NCBI RefSeq assembly: GCF_045037415.1
Contig: NZ_CP173438.1
Direction: 5' to 3' (one strand)
Origin: Escherichia coli
Lineage (GTDB): Bacteria > Pseudomonadota > Gammaproteobacteria > Enterobacterales > Enterobacteriaceae
Length of the DNA stretch: 64,000 nucleotides
In this document: positions 1 through 10,401 of the stretch, one piece after another
How the letters are laid out: every line of letters begins with the position of its first letter
How positions within the stretch are numbered: the stretch's first letter is position 1
The notes under the pieces: generated by a model
Databases searched by the model: none
Told to the model about the DNA's origin: nothing
What the model saw: the letters and a program-made list of their open reading frames with translations, nothing else
Program-made: the position numbers and the translations under genes

Positions 1-217
1 TAAAGAACTCCAGGTGACGGCGAATAGCTTGTTTACGAGCTTCGTTGTTCTCAGGGTAGAGGCGACGAATTGCCGGTACCATAGAGAAGCAGAAACCCAG
101 TGCCTGCATACGTTCGAAGTTCCATGAACCCTGAAAGAGGTTAGAACGCAGGAAGACGCCACGAATATCACTTTGAGTGAGTTTTTTCTCGGTGGTAGTT
201 TGAGTTGTATCAACCAT
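1..217 (-). CDS. manZ: PTS mannose transporter subunit IID, N-terminal 72 codons only (remainder lies beyond window start)
   Basis: Reverse complement of 1-217 translates MVDTTQTTTEKKLTQSDIRGVFLRSNLFQGSWNFERMQALGFCFSMVPAIRRLYPENNEARKQAIRRHLEFF; starts 12 bp after manY stop. Confidence 0.9.
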   Translation of the reverse strand, partial: MVDTTQTTTEKKLTQSDIRGVFLRSNLFQGSWNFERMQALGFCFSMVPAIRRLYPENNEARKQAIRRHLEFF

Positions 218-229
218 TTCGCTCACCTG

Positions 230-1030
230 TTAGTCCAGTTCGTTATCGAGATCGTTGTTACCAGCAGCCTGAGCAGGCGCACCGGCTACGCGGTTGTATT
301 TCGGGCTAAGTTGGATGTAGAGCACTGCCATAACAGTACCAATCACACCCAGAGCAACCAGGTTAAAGTTGGTGAATGCTGCGGTTACGAAGCCGAGGTA
401 GAAGAACGGCATCAGGTAGCCAGCACGCATCATGTTGATAACCATCGCATAACCAACCACCACGATCATGCCACCGGCGATATTCAGACCATTGGTCACC
501 ACTTCCGGAATCGCATTCAGCATGTTCTGGACTTCGCTGGTACCAACAGACAGCGCAACGATGACGGCCGGAATAGCCACACGCATTGCTTGCAGGAACA
601 GAGAAGAAACGTGGATCCAGGAAATCGCTGTCAGGTTGCCGTTATCAGCAGCCTTATCCGCAGCGTGCTGGAAAGCAACGGTGATAGTACGAACGATGAT
701 GGTCAGTACCTGGCCCGCAGCGGCCAGAGGGATTGCCAGTGCGATACCTGCACCAATGCTCTGATGACCTGCGATAACCAGAATAGTAGAAATGATGGAA
801 GCCAGAGCGGCGTCAGGCGCAACGGCAGCACCGATGTTCATCCAGCCCAGCGCGATCATTTCCAGCGTACCACCGATAATAATACCGGTTTTCATATCGC
901 CAAGAACGATACCCACCAGGGTACACGCGATTAGCGGACGGTGAAACTGAAATTCATCGAGGATTGATCCCATACCTGCGATACAGGCTACGATAAATAC
1001 CAGCACAATTTGAAGAGTGGTAATCTCCAT
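230..1030 (-). CDS. manY: PTS mannose transporter subunit IIC
   Basis: 266-aa ORF MEITTLQIVLVFIVACIAGMGSILDEF... recognised as ManY; multi-pass hydrophobic protein; between manX and manZ. Confidence 0.95.
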   Translation of the reverse strand: MEITTLQIVLVFIVACIAGMGSILDEFQFHRPLIACTLVGIVLGDMKTGIIIGGTLEMIALGWMNIGAAVAPDAALASIISTILVIAGHQSIGAGIALAIPLAAAGQVLTIIVRTITVAFQHAADKAADNGNLTAISWIHVSSLFLQAMRVAIPAVIVALSVGTSEVQNMLNAIPEVVTNGLNIAGGMIVVVGYAMVINMMRAGYLMPFFYLGFVTAAFTNFNLVALGVIGTVMAVLYIQLSPKYNRVAGAPAQAAGNNDLDNELD

Positions 1031-1092
1031 TGTACTTCTCCTGTTTACGTAAGACTTAAGTGTGAAAACTGAGTGATAATCAACACAATACG

Positions 1093-2064
1093 TTACTTAT
1101 CGATTTTGCTGATCAGATCCATCATTTTCAGTTTCGGATCGGTGGAAACCTTACGGACTTCCAGCTCAATACCGCGCGCATTCAGTTTCTTGAACGCCTC
1201 GATATCTTTTTCATCAACCGAAACCGCGTTATTCACCTGGGTTTTACCCTGACGGAATGCCATACCACCGACGTTAACAGAGGTGATTTTCACGCCGCCT
1301 TCAACGAGACGCTCTACATCTGTTGGGTTGGTAAATAACAGCATTACGCGTTCGCCAGCATATTTCGGGTTGTTGTAGACGCGAATCATTTTGGCAACAT
1401 CAACTACGTGTGCTGTTACGCCCGGAGGTGCAACCTGGGTGAGCAGTGTCTTACGAACGGTATCCGCAGCCACTTCATCACTAACAACAATAATACGGGA
1501 GACATTGGTTTCTTTGGTCCAGCGGGTGGCGACCTGACCGTGAATCAGACGGTCGTCGATACGCGCAAGGCCAATAACCATGTAGTCGTTCGGTCCCATT
1601 GGTTTTGCCGGAGTTGGAGCCACTTTGGGTGCTGCGGCAGCGGGTGCTGGCGCGGCTTTTTCAATCGGTTTGGCTTTCAGTGCTTTCACGCCTTCACGGC
1701 CTGTTTCTACTGCCAGTGCCACCAGTTCATCAAAGCTAGGGTCATCATCTCGGGCCATTAACGTTTCCACGAGCATTGGAATGTTAACGCCTGCAATGAC
1801 TTCATAATGCTCTTTGTCGACGACAATGCGGCTGGCAGCATTGAATGGGCTGCCTCCCCATGTATCAACGAGAAACAGCACGCCTTTAGTGGTGTCGAGT
1901 TTTGCCAACTGAGCGTTGTACTTTTCAATCAGCGTTTCGGCATTTTCACCTGGAACGAAATCGATCCAGCCGACGTTTTCCTGCTCGCCTAACAGCATTT
2001 CTGCCGTTTTAAGCAACTGCTCTGCAGCCCAACCATGTGTGCCTATAACAATAGCAATGGTCAC
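1093..2064 (-). CDS. manX: PTS mannose transporter subunit IIAB
   Basis: 323-aa ORF MTIAIVIGTHGWAAEQLLKTAEMLLGEQENVGWIDF... recognised as ManX; Ala/Pro-rich linker AAPAPAAAAPKVAPTPAKP between IIA and IIB; GTG start preceded by AAGGAGG. Confidence 0.95.
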   Translation of the reverse strand: MTIAIVIGTHGWAAEQLLKTAEMLLGEQENVGWIDFVPGENAETLIEKYNAQLAKLDTTKGVLFLVDTWGGSPFNAASRIVVDKEHYEVIAGVNIPMLVETLMARDDDPSFDELVALAVETGREGVKALKAKPIEKAAPAPAAAAPKVAPTPAKPMGPNDYMVIGLARIDDRLIHGQVATRWTKETNVSRIIVVSDEVAADTVRKTLLTQVAPPGVTAHVVDVAKMIRVYNNPKYAGERVMLLFTNPTDVERLVEGGVKITSVNVGGMAFRQGKTQVNNAVSVDEKDIEAFKKLNARGIELEVRKVSTDPKLKMMDLISKIDK

Positions 2065-2149
2065 TTGCTACCTCCTTTATTATCGTTAACACCTCAACGT
2101 GCCAGATGTATTTTTGAATCGTCGTCCACAATCGAATCGATTCAGATAA

Positions 2150-2240
2150 GGGCTACAACCAAAAACCCCCTGCGTTTCGCGATTTATTTTAGATATCGAA
2201 AAAATTATTTTATGTGATGAAGATCCGTAATTTAACTTTC
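2150..2240 (-). promoter_or_regulatory. manX promoter/operator region: AT-rich near-palindrome TTTATTTTAGATATCGAAAAAATTATTT (about 2183-2210) resembling an Mlc/NagC operator, adjacent TGTGA motif (about 2213) as a weak CRP half-site
   Basis: Palindromic AT-rich element about 120-150 bp upstream of manX start; manX is known to be controlled by Mlc and CRP; site assignment is pattern-based only. Confidence 0.3.
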
Positions 2241-2527
2241 GATTAGCAGAAATTTCGAAAGGTAAAATATCCTTGTCACATTCGTTTGCAAAGGAAGGTA
2301 AATCTTTGCCAAATCAGAGGCGTCTCTGATATGTTTAACTCCTGTTTAACAACCATGGAGTATAGGGCAGTAGCCCGCAGTATGGATCGTCACCGACGTC
2401 ATTTCAGCATCAGGCCTTTTAACGCCTGTCTTTCTGGCACTTTATGCCGCACCTTTCGTTTGCATTTTGTCGTTACGCCTGCATTATTTCTGGCGTCGAA
2501 TAGCTATTCCTTAAGCAGGAGCTTGTC

Positions 2528-4084
2528 ATGGAATTCTTAATGGACCCCTCGATTTGGGCGGGGCTACTCACGCTTGTTGTTCTCGAAATTGTGCTGGGTA
2601 TCGATAACCTGGTCTTCATCGCCATTCTTGCTGACAAACTGCCGCCAAAACAACGCGATAAAGCGCGTTTGCTGGGATTATCACTGGCGCTGATTATGCG
2701 TCTGGGGCTGCTGTCGCTGATTTCATGGATGGTCACGCTGACCAAACCGCTATTTACCGTCATGGATTTCTCCTTCTCCGGACGCGACCTGATTATGTTG
2801 TTCGGGGGCATATTCTTGCTGTTCAAAGCAACAACCGAACTGCATGAACGGCTGGAAAACCGCGATCATGATTCCGGCCACGGTAAAGGCTACGCCAGTT
2901 TCTGGGTGGTCGTCACACAGATTGTCATCCTTGACGCCGTCTTTTCGTTGGATGCGGTAATTACTGCAGTAGGGATGGTTAACCATTTGCCGGTGATGAT
3001 GGCGGCGGTAGTGATTGCGATGGCGGTTATGCTGCTGGCATCGAAACCGCTGACGCGATTTGTTAACCAGCACCCCACGGTGGTGGTGCTCTGTCTGAGC
3101 TTCCTGTTAATGATTGGTCTGAGTCTGGTGGCAGAAGGTTTCGGTTTCCACATTCCGAAAGGTTACCTGTATGCCGCGATTGGCTTCTCGATCATCATCG
3201 AAGTGTTTAACCAGATTGCGCGTCGCAACTTTATTCGTCACCAGTCGACTTTGCCGCTGCGAGCGCGTACTGCCGATGCCATCCTGCGTTTGATGGGCGG
3301 GAAACGTCAGGCCAATGTTCAGCACGATGCCGATAACCCGATGCCGATGCCGATCCCGGAAGGTGCGTTTGCCGAAGAAGAACGTTACATGATTAACGGC
3401 GTACTGACGCTGGCGTCGCGTTCTCTGCGCGGGATCATGACGCCGCGCGGTGAAATAAGCTGGGTTGATGCTAATCTCGGGGTCGATGAAATCCGCGAGC
3501 AACTGCTCTCCTCACCGCACAGTTTGTTCCCGGTATGTCGCGGTGAACTGGATGAAATTATCGGCATCGTACGTGCTAAAGAACTGCTGGTGGCGCTGGA
3601 AGAGGGAGTTGATGTGGCGGCGATAGCTTCGGCGTCTCCGGCGATTATCGTCCCGGAAACCCTCGATCCGATCAACCTGCTGGGCGTGCTGCGTCGTGCT
3701 CGCGGGAGCTTTGTTATCGTGACCAACGAGTTTGGTGTGGTACAAGGTCTGGTCACGCCGCTGGATGTGCTGGAAGCCATTGCGGGTGAATTCCCGGACG
3801 CTGACGAAACGCCGGAAATCATTACCGACGGTGACGGCTGGCTGGTAAAAGGCGGTACAGATTTGCATGCCTTGCAGCAGGCGCTTGATGTTGAGCACCT
3901 TGCCGATGACGATGATATCGCGACGGTCGCGGGCCTCGTGATCTCGGCAAATGGTCACATTCCCCGTGTGGGCGATGTGATTGATGTAGGTCCACTGCAT
4001 ATCACCATCATTGAAGCCAATGATTATCGTGTTGATCTGGTTCGCATTGTTAAAGAGCAACCGGCGCACGATGAAGATGAGTAA
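2528..4084 (+). CDS. yoaE: TerC-family membrane protein with C-terminal CBS/CorC-type domains
   Basis: 518-aa [53 protein letters not shown]... recognised as YoaE; AGGAG 7 nt upstream of ATG. Confidence 0.95.
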
Positions 4085-4087
4085 GCG

Positions 4088-5686
4088 TTAACGTAACGGC
4101 ATAACGGGCGTGATATGTCCATTATGCCGGGCGGGCGGCGGTTGGCTGCCCGCCAGCCATTTGGGAAAATCACGTAGCGGCATCGGCTGTGCGTACAAAT
4201 ACCCTTGCAAAATATGCACGCCATGACTGCGCAAATACTTCGCCTGTTCTTGCGTTTCTACGCCCTCCGCCACCAGTTCAATATTCAGTCTTTGCCCCAG
4301 TGCGATGATGATATCGGTCACCGTCGAGTTAACCGCGTCAGAACCTATAGCTGCGGTAAATGACTTATCAATTTTCAGCACGTCAGGACGTAATGTTTCA
4401 AGCCAGGAAAATGAACTGTTGCCGGTGCCGAAGTCATCAATCGCCAGTTTGACGTTTTTACGATGCAGCTCGCGGGCAATCCGGTAATCAACATCCAGTA
4501 AGGCATCGCGTTCGGTGATTTCGAGGATCAGTTGCTGAATCGGGTGAGCGCTAAACCAGTACTGATTGAGATCTTTTATCAGCACACCACGGCGAAAATG
4601 GCTGGGTGCGACGTTAATGCCAACATGAAACTGACTACTCATTGGGAAAACATGGCGCTGACGAATGGTTTCTGCCATCACATAGCGGGTCAGTGGCACA
4701 ATTAAATGATGTTCTTCCGCGATAGGAATAAACACATCCGGTGAAATCCAGCCCTGACGCGGATTGTTCCAGCGCAGCAAAATCTCTACACCAATACATT
4801 GCTGGCTGCGCGCATTAAGCAAAGGCTGACAGAACAATTCGAACTCATGTTGCGCCAGGCCCAGATTGATCTCGCGGGAAAAGCTCATTCGGTAAGCGGT
4901 CGCCAGCCAGGCGATGTAGCCCACCAGTAAACTTAGCAGCACCGCCAGCGGTAATTGTGTTGGAAGATAGTGCCATGCCAGCGCCGTAGCCCCCGGGCCA
5001 TTAACGTTAATGGTAAAAGGAAAGCGTTGCGAAGAAACCTGATAGTTTTCATTGTTTTCAGGTTGCGGAAGGGAATCTACCAGCCCATTACCATAGAGCA
5101 AATGCCGACTGTCCACCGTCAGGCTGGCGCTACTGATTTGCGGCAGTTGTGGTTCAAGGAGCATTGCCGTCAGTAAGTCGATGTTAATCATCTCCATGAC
5201 CCCAGCATTGCTACTGCCCGCTGCAGGCGTCCATTGAATCAAAACCGGACTGCCTTTTATCAGGGCACGGTCGGTCGTCAGTCGTAAAAGTGGTTGCGGT
5301 GCAGGAAGTTCAGCCAGAATGTCCACGACGGGCACATTGCGATAACCAAAAATGCTGGAGCAATAAAGTGTGCCGTCTTGCACCAGGCCAATGGATCGCA
5401 CAGTTTGGAGTTTTGCCGCCTGTTTACGTAATGGCAAATGGGCGACAGAGCAGGGCAGACCAATCAGCGGAAGCAAGACTTCGCTACCTGCCTGTAGGGG
5501 AAGCAGTACTTTATCTAATTCCTCTACAGCGTGATTGGCGAATTGTACTACCCGTTGTTGATTTAAGTTACGCTGTGAAATAAATCGCACGCTCAGGGTC
5601 GAAGCGAGCGTAACGAGTGCGCAAATCGTACAAACAATCATTCGATTACGGCGATAGGTTTTAATGATCCGTTGTGCTTTTTGCAT
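4088..5686 (-). CDS. pdeD: c-di-GMP phosphodiesterase (EAL domain, CSS-type membrane sensor)
   Basis: ORF 4088-5716; K-12-length product (532 aa) begins at MQKAQRIIKTYRRNRMIVCTICALV...; C-terminal EAL domain; convergent with yoaE (3 bp apart). Confidence 0.9.
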   Translation of the reverse strand: MQKAQRIIKTYRRNRMIVCTICALVTLASTLSVRFISQRNLNQQRVVQFANHAVEELDKVLLPLQAGSEVLLPLIGLPCSVAHLPLRKQAAKLQTVRSIGLVQDGTLYCSSIFGYRNVPVVDILAELPAPQPLLRLTTDRALIKGSPVLIQWTPAAGSSNAGVMEMINIDLLTAMLLEPQLPQISSASLTVDSRHLLYGNGLVDSLPQPENNENYQVSSQRFPFTINVNGPGATALAWHYLPTQLPLAVLLSLLVGYIAWLATAYRMSFSREINLGLAQHEFELFCQPLLNARSQQCIGVEILLRWNNPRQGWISPDVFIPIAEEHHLIVPLTRYVMAETIRQRHVFPMSSQFHVGINVAPSHFRRGVLIKDLNQYWFSAHPIQQLILEITERDALLDVDYRIARELHRKNVKLAIDDFGTGNSSFSWLETLRPDVLKIDKSFTAAIGSDAVNSTVTDIIIALGQRLNIELVAEGVETQEQAKYLRSHGVHILQGYLYAQPMPLRDFPKWLAGSQPPPARHNGHITPVMPLR

Positions 5687-5816
5687 GCGGGCCACCCTGT
5701 AAGCGTATGGCGACAAACGCCTGACGCAACAGTGGAAGTGTAGTGGGGAAAATTACAGCAGACGAGAAAGCGGGAATAAATTCGCCCATCCGTTGCAGAT
5801 GGGCGAATAAGAAGTA

Positions 5817-7181
5817 TTAGTCACACTGGACTTTGATTGCCAGACCACCGCGTGAGGTTTCGCGGTATTTAGCGTTCATGTCCTTACCGGTTTCGTACAT
5901 CGTTTCGATGACCTTATCCAGCGAGACGCGCGGTGCACTGGTGCGGCGCAGAGCCATCCGTGCGGCGTTAATCGCCTTCACAGAGGCAATGGCATTACGT
6001 TCAATGCACGGCACCTGAACTTGCCCTGCAACGGGGTCGCAGGTCAGACCGAGGTTGTGTTCCATGCCAATTTCCGCTGCCACACAAACCTGTTCCGGGC
6101 TACCGCCCAACAGCTCGGCAAGGCCCGCAGCAGCCATTGAACAGGCAACACCTACTTCGCCCTGGCAACCGACTTCCGCACCGGAAATAGACGCGTTCAT
6201 TTTATACAGTGCACCAATCGCGCCCGCTGCCATAAAGTAACGGGTATAGATGTCTGGGCTAACTGATTCAATAAAGTGGTCATAGTAAGCCAGCACTGCC
6301 GGAACGATACCGCAGGCACCGTTAGTTGGCGCAGTTACCACACGGCCACCGGCGGCGTTTTCTTCGTTAACTGCCAGCGCAAACATGTTTACCCAGTCAA
6401 TGACATTCATCGGATCGTTAGACAGTTTATCGCTGGAAACCAGCATCCGGCGCAGGGCCGACGCACGACGTGGCACGCGCAACGGGCCTGGCAGTACGCC
6501 TTCGGTATTCATCCCGCGATCGATACATGCCTGCATGGTTTGCCAGACATGCGCGAAATACTCGTCGATCTCTTTCTTGCTGTGCAGCGCCAGTTCGTTT
6601 TGCATAGCGAGACCAGACAGCGAAAAGCCGGTTTCATTACAGTACGCGAGCAGTTCGGTGGCAGATTTGAACGGATACGGCACGCTCACTTCGTTGGCAG
6701 CATCCTGACCAAAGTGTTCTTCATCGACGATAAAACCGCCGCCGATGGAATAATAAGTTTTGCTGTAGACGACTTCATCGCCGTTATAGGCGTGGATTTG
6801 CATACCGTTTTCATGCAGCGGCAGGTTACCGTTATGAAAACGCATCCCGTTGTCGCGCGGGAAATCCACTTCATGCCGTCCCTGTGCCAGCAGCAGACGT
6901 TCGCGCTCTTCTACGTCGCGAATAAAACCGGGAATACTGTCGATATCCACGGTGGCAGGTTCGTTACCTGCAAGACCCATAATAATGGCGATATCGGTGT
7001 GGTGGCCTTTACCCGTCAGCGACAGTGAACCATAAACGTCCACGGCAACGCGAGTAACGCTATCCAGTAAGCCTTTTTCGACCAGATCATCGACGAACTG
7101 TTTACCCGCCTTCATAGGCCCTACGGTATGGGAAGATGAGGGACCAATCCCCACCTTAAACATGTCGAATAGACTAATCAC
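5817..7181 (-). CDS. sdaA: L-serine dehydratase 1
   Basis: 454-aa ORF MISLFDMFKVGIGPSSSHTVGPMKAGKQFVDDLVEKGLLD... recognised as SdaA. Confidence 0.96.
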   Translation of the reverse strand: MISLFDMFKVGIGPSSSHTVGPMKAGKQFVDDLVEKGLLDSVTRVAVDVYGSLSLTGKGHHTDIAIIMGLAGNEPATVDIDSIPGFIRDVEERERLLLAQGRHEVDFPRDNGMRFHNGNLPLHENGMQIHAYNGDEVVYSKTYYSIGGGFIVDEEHFGQDAANEVSVPYPFKSATELLAYCNETGFSLSGLAMQNELALHSKKEIDEYFAHVWQTMQACIDRGMNTEGVLPGPLRVPRRASALRRMLVSSDKLSNDPMNVIDWVNMFALAVNEENAAGGRVVTAPTNGACGIVPAVLAYYDHFIESVSPDIYTRYFMAAGAIGALYKMNASISGAEVGCQGEVGVACSMAAAGLAELLGGSPEQVCVAAEIGMEHNLGLTCDPVAGQVQVPCIERNAIASVKAINAARMALRRTSAPRVSLDKVIETMYETGKDMNAKYRETSRGGLAIKVQCD

Positions 7182-7364
7182 GATAATACTCCTGACAAGG
7201 TGACTGGACTTCCAGTAACGAACTAATAACAGCGCATAGTGTAAGAGGGAACGCGGCGACTGGCTTAACTATTCACATGAATTAAACTAATCAAAAACCG
7301 CGATTTAACTAATATTGCGATGATTGTCTCAAGTAGTGTTTTGTAGATGTAAAGATAAGTATAG

Positions 7365-7943
7365 TCAGGGTTTCACACCAATTTGCAGCGCCAGCTCACG
7401 AATTATGCCTGCGGTCATTCCCCATACAAAATACTGTTCGTACCAGGACAGCCATACCCGATGTGAATCGCCACGGCGGTAGATATCTAAAGGATGATAA
7501 CGACCCAGATGTAATGCCTGGGCGAGCGGCATTTCAAAGACGGCGGAGACTTCACCTTCACTGGCGCGATACGGCAGATCGGGCGGGATAATGCCGACCA
7601 CTGGGGTTACCTGGTAGCCAGTGACGCTATCGACGGGCGGCAGCACGCCGATAACCTCAACGGCGGAAGGCGGTATAGCGACCTCTTCTTCAGCTTCGCG
7701 CAGCGCAGCGGCGATAACTGATGCGTCCGTGTCATCGACTGCGCCTCCAGGGAATGCCACTTGTCCAGCGTGTTTACGCAGATGAATCGAACGCTGAGTC
7801 AGCAACAACCCCGGTTGCGGTCGGCGGACGATGGGGATTAACACGGCAGCCTGACGATGATTTAAGGTTTCCCGGTTAATTTGCGGGCGCAAAAGTTGAA
7901 AGCGCGATAAAAAATCATCAAGCGTCAGGCTACGGTATTCCAC
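7365..7943 (-). CDS. nudL: Nudix CoA pyrophosphatase
   Basis: 192-aa [30 protein letters not shown]... recognised as NudL (YeaB); 3 bp downstream of pabB. Confidence 0.93.
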   Translation of the reverse strand: MEYRSLTLDDFLSRFQLLRPQINRETLNHRQAAVLIPIVRRPQPGLLLTQRSIHLRKHAGQVAFPGGAVDDTDASVIAAALREAEEEVAIPPSAVEVIGVLPPVDSVTGYQVTPVVGIIPPDLPYRASEGEVSAVFEMPLAQALHLGRYHPLDIYRRGDSHRVWLSWYEQYFVWGMTAGIIRELALQIGVKP

Positions 7944-7946
7944 GTC

Positions 7947-9308
7947 TTACTTCTCCAGTTGGCGTAATATCTTATTAACTTTATCAAAAGTTTCCTGATA
8001 TTCCGCTTCTTCCTGGCTATCGGCAACAATTCCACCGCCCGCAGAGCAGTAAATTTGTCCGTTAATGGTAGTCAGCGTGCGGATAGTAATGCTGGTGTCC
8101 ATGTTGCCGCAAAAGCTCAAATAGCCAATGCTGCCGCACCAGGCATTGCGTCGCTGCGGTTCCAGTTCGTCGATAATTTCCATAGCCCGTACTTTCGGAG
8201 CCCCGGTTATTGAGCCACCAGGAAAAGCCGCGCGCAGCAGATCGCTGGCGTGTAACTGTTCTGGTAGTTGCGCCGTTATGGTGCTGACCAGATGATGCAC
8301 GGCAGGGAAGGGTTCCACCACGAACAGCTCTGGTACTTTTACCGAACCTGCTACGGCAACACGACCGATATCATTACGCATTAAATCGACAATCATCAGA
8401 TTTTCGGCACGATCTTTCGTTGAGTTCGCCAGTTTTTCTGCTTGTTTGCTATCTTCCAGAAGATCGGGCAGGCGTGGTAGCGTGCCTTTAATCGGGCGGG
8501 TCTGGATTTCACCATTATCACAAAGAATAAACCGCTCTGGTGAAAGGCTTAAAATAGCAGCCTGTTCAAGACGTAAAAAAGCGCTAAACGGCGCGCGGTT
8601 GGCCTGATTAAGCTGAAGGAATGCCTGCCATTCATCGCCAGAATAGGTCGCATGAAAACGCTGGGCGAGATTCACCTGATAGCAATCACCGCTGTGCAGA
8701 TATTCCTGTACCTGGCGAAATTTTTCGCCGTACTGTTCGCGGGTCATATTGGATTGCCAGTCGGAAGTGAGTGTGAAATCTTCCTGCGGGGAGAATTGCT
8801 GGCTTTCCAGCCAGGCCCGACGGGCATTGACATCATTATGACTCAGCAAAGAAACTGTTTGACGCTGGTGGTCGACAACCAGCGCCCAGTCGTAGATACC
8901 CACTGCCATATCCGGCAGAACGATATCTTGTTCCGCAATTTCTGGCAGTGACTCAAAACGGCGGCCCAGATCGTAGCCAAACAACCCCAGCGCGCCGCCC
9001 TGAAATGGCAAATCTTCGTTATGCGCTGGGCGAATGTCTGCACGATCCAGCACCTGCTGGAGCACCTGTAGCGGGTCATCAGTGGTCGTTGTGCGTTTTT
9101 CGCTTTCACTAACAACGGTTTCTTTACCGAAAGTGGTTAAAGTGCAAATTGGCTCGGCGACCACAATATCAAAGCGGCTATACGGATGATCGGCATAGCC
9201 GGAGTGTAAAAGCATCGCCCACGGCAGGTGGCTTAAGTGGGAGAAATAAAATTCAGCGGCGTCCTGACGCCAGGGTAAAGTAATCACAGCGGGAGATAAC
9301 GTCTTCAT
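7947..9308 (-). CDS. pabB: aminodeoxychorismate synthase component 1
   Basis: 453-aa ORF MKTLSPAVITLPWRQDAAEFYFSHLSHLPWAMLLHSGYADHPYSRFDIVV... recognised as PabB. Confidence 0.96.
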   Translation of the reverse strand: MKTLSPAVITLPWRQDAAEFYFSHLSHLPWAMLLHSGYADHPYSRFDIVVAEPICTLTTFGKETVVSESEKRTTTTDDPLQVLQQVLDRADIRPAHNEDLPFQGGALGLFGYDLGRRFESLPEIAEQDIVLPDMAVGIYDWALVVDHQRQTVSLLSHNDVNARRAWLESQQFSPQEDFTLTSDWQSNMTREQYGEKFRQVQEYLHSGDCYQVNLAQRFHATYSGDEWQAFLQLNQANRAPFSAFLRLEQAAILSLSPERFILCDNGEIQTRPIKGTLPRLPDLLEDSKQAEKLANSTKDRAENLMIVDLMRNDIGRVAVAGSVKVPELFVVEPFPAVHHLVSTITAQLPEQLHASDLLRAAFPGGSITGAPKVRAMEIIDELEPQRRNAWCGSIGYLSFCGNMDTSITIRTLTTINGQIYCSAGGGIVADSQEEAEYQETFDKVNKILRQLEK

Positions 9309-9381
9309 CAGTCCTGACTCTACTGGCTATGTGCCGGGTAGCATGAAATAATTAGCGCCAACAATTTAGCAGGAGTTAACA

Positions 9382-9561
9382 ATGTTTGCAGGTTTACCTT
9401 CACTCACCCATGAACAGCAGCAAAAAGCCGTCGAGCGGATCCAGGAACTGATGGCACAAGGGATGAGCAGCGGCCAGGCAATCGCGCTGGTGGCAGAAGA
9501 GCTGCGTGCCAACCATTCCGGCGAGCGAATCGTGGCGCGTTTTGAGGATGAAGACGAGTAA
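9382..9561 (+). CDS. yoaH: small protein YoaH (UPF0181), 59 aa
   Basis: Not in ORF track (under 60 aa). ATG at 9382 preceded by AGGAG (9371-9375); translates [59 protein letters not shown], stop 9559-9561. Confidence 0.85.
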
Positions 9562-9619
9562 CACACTAATCCGTATCGCTTTCGTTATAGAAGCCGATGA
9601 TTATTTGATTGTGAGAAAA

Positions 9620-9652
9620 AGGACGCTTTTTATATGTGATTAAAAGCGTCCT
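9620..9652. terminator. inverted repeat between convergent yoaH and yoaC (AGGACGCTTTT / AAAAGCGTCCT, 11-nt loop); possible bidirectional terminator
   Basis: Perfect 11-bp inverted repeat in the 120-bp convergent gap; no clean U-tract, so functional assignment is tentative. Confidence 0.3.
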
Positions 9653-9680
9653 GACCCATTTATGCTGATGTGAATTTAAC

Positions 9681-9980
9681 TCAAACCAGTGCTTTTAGTT
9701 CTTCCTGCATATATGTTGAAAAGTATTCAGGATTTTTAATCACAGAGCGTTCACCAGACTCCATTTTTTTTGCCCATCCAACCATTTTTTCCGTGAAACC
9801 AGGGTTCCAGCCTTCCTGGTCAGCTCGCGCCGTAATATCAGCGGCACTCGCGGGTACTCCCAGTTCTTTTAAATATTTAAAGATTCCCTTCGCCGTACTT
9901 TCATTCATCGAACTTGGTGTTGGCGCTGATACATCCATGGCACCAATGAAATCCAGGGCTTTATCTATTACAGCAGGCAT
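9681..9980 (-). CDS. yoaC: DUF1889 family protein
   Basis: ORF 9681-10004; K-12-length product (99 aa) begins MPAVIDKALDFIGAMDVSAPTPSSMNESTAKGIFKYLKELG... Confidence 0.9.
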   Translation of the reverse strand: MPAVIDKALDFIGAMDVSAPTPSSMNESTAKGIFKYLKELGVPASAADITARADQEGWNPGFTEKMVGWAKKMESGERSVIKNPEYFSTYMQEELKALV

Positions 9981-10401
9981 ATTCTTATCCTTAAAATTAA
10001 CCATGTTATCGATAAGGCTATATATGACCTTAATTTGTATCTAATATCAAAGGGATTATAACGATATGGCACGAGTTAACCTATTGACATTCAGGTGTTT
10101 TAAAGGTAGCAGCTCATGGTGTGTTATCCAGTAAGATGGAGAAAATTAATGGTCAGTCCTCACGCTATAACCAGATTGTTCAGGTAAGAAAGAAAACCAG
10201 AGATGCTAATCGAAGGGCGAACATAACGGCATGATTATGTTTATTTATATAGTTAGTTTTATAGATAAAATTGAAATTATAAAAATAAATAATGAATTAG
10301 CAGGAGCATCAACTGTAATATCTTAATCTCTGGTCGATTTTTGCAAAACCGACCAGTATTGTCGATAAATTATCGTCTGACTTATTTTGCTTCGATAAAG
10401 C

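Noticed and set aside
2035-2540. Two intergenic ORFs (60 aa at 2035-2217 and 84 aa at 2286-2540) between manX and yoaE; also considered a riboswitch-like leader for TerC-family yoaE
   Set aside because: Both ORFs cross the manX promoter/operator region or run into the yoaE start without ribosome-binding sites. I could not identify the conserved motifs of the yybP-ykoY manganese riboswitch (known upstream of the TerC paralogs alx and mntP), so a riboswitch call is unsupported; an Rfam scan with RF00080 would settle it.
6276-7028. 250-aa plus-strand ORF
   Set aside because: Antisense inside sdaA; no Shine-Dalgarno; the product has no recognisable domain character, whereas the opposing frame encodes a full-length known enzyme.
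9366-9566. 66-aa minus-strand ORF listed in the track
   Set aside because: Exactly overlaps the plus-strand 59-aa yoaH gene, which has a strong ribosome-binding site and a recognisable product; the minus-strand frame is a shadow ORF.
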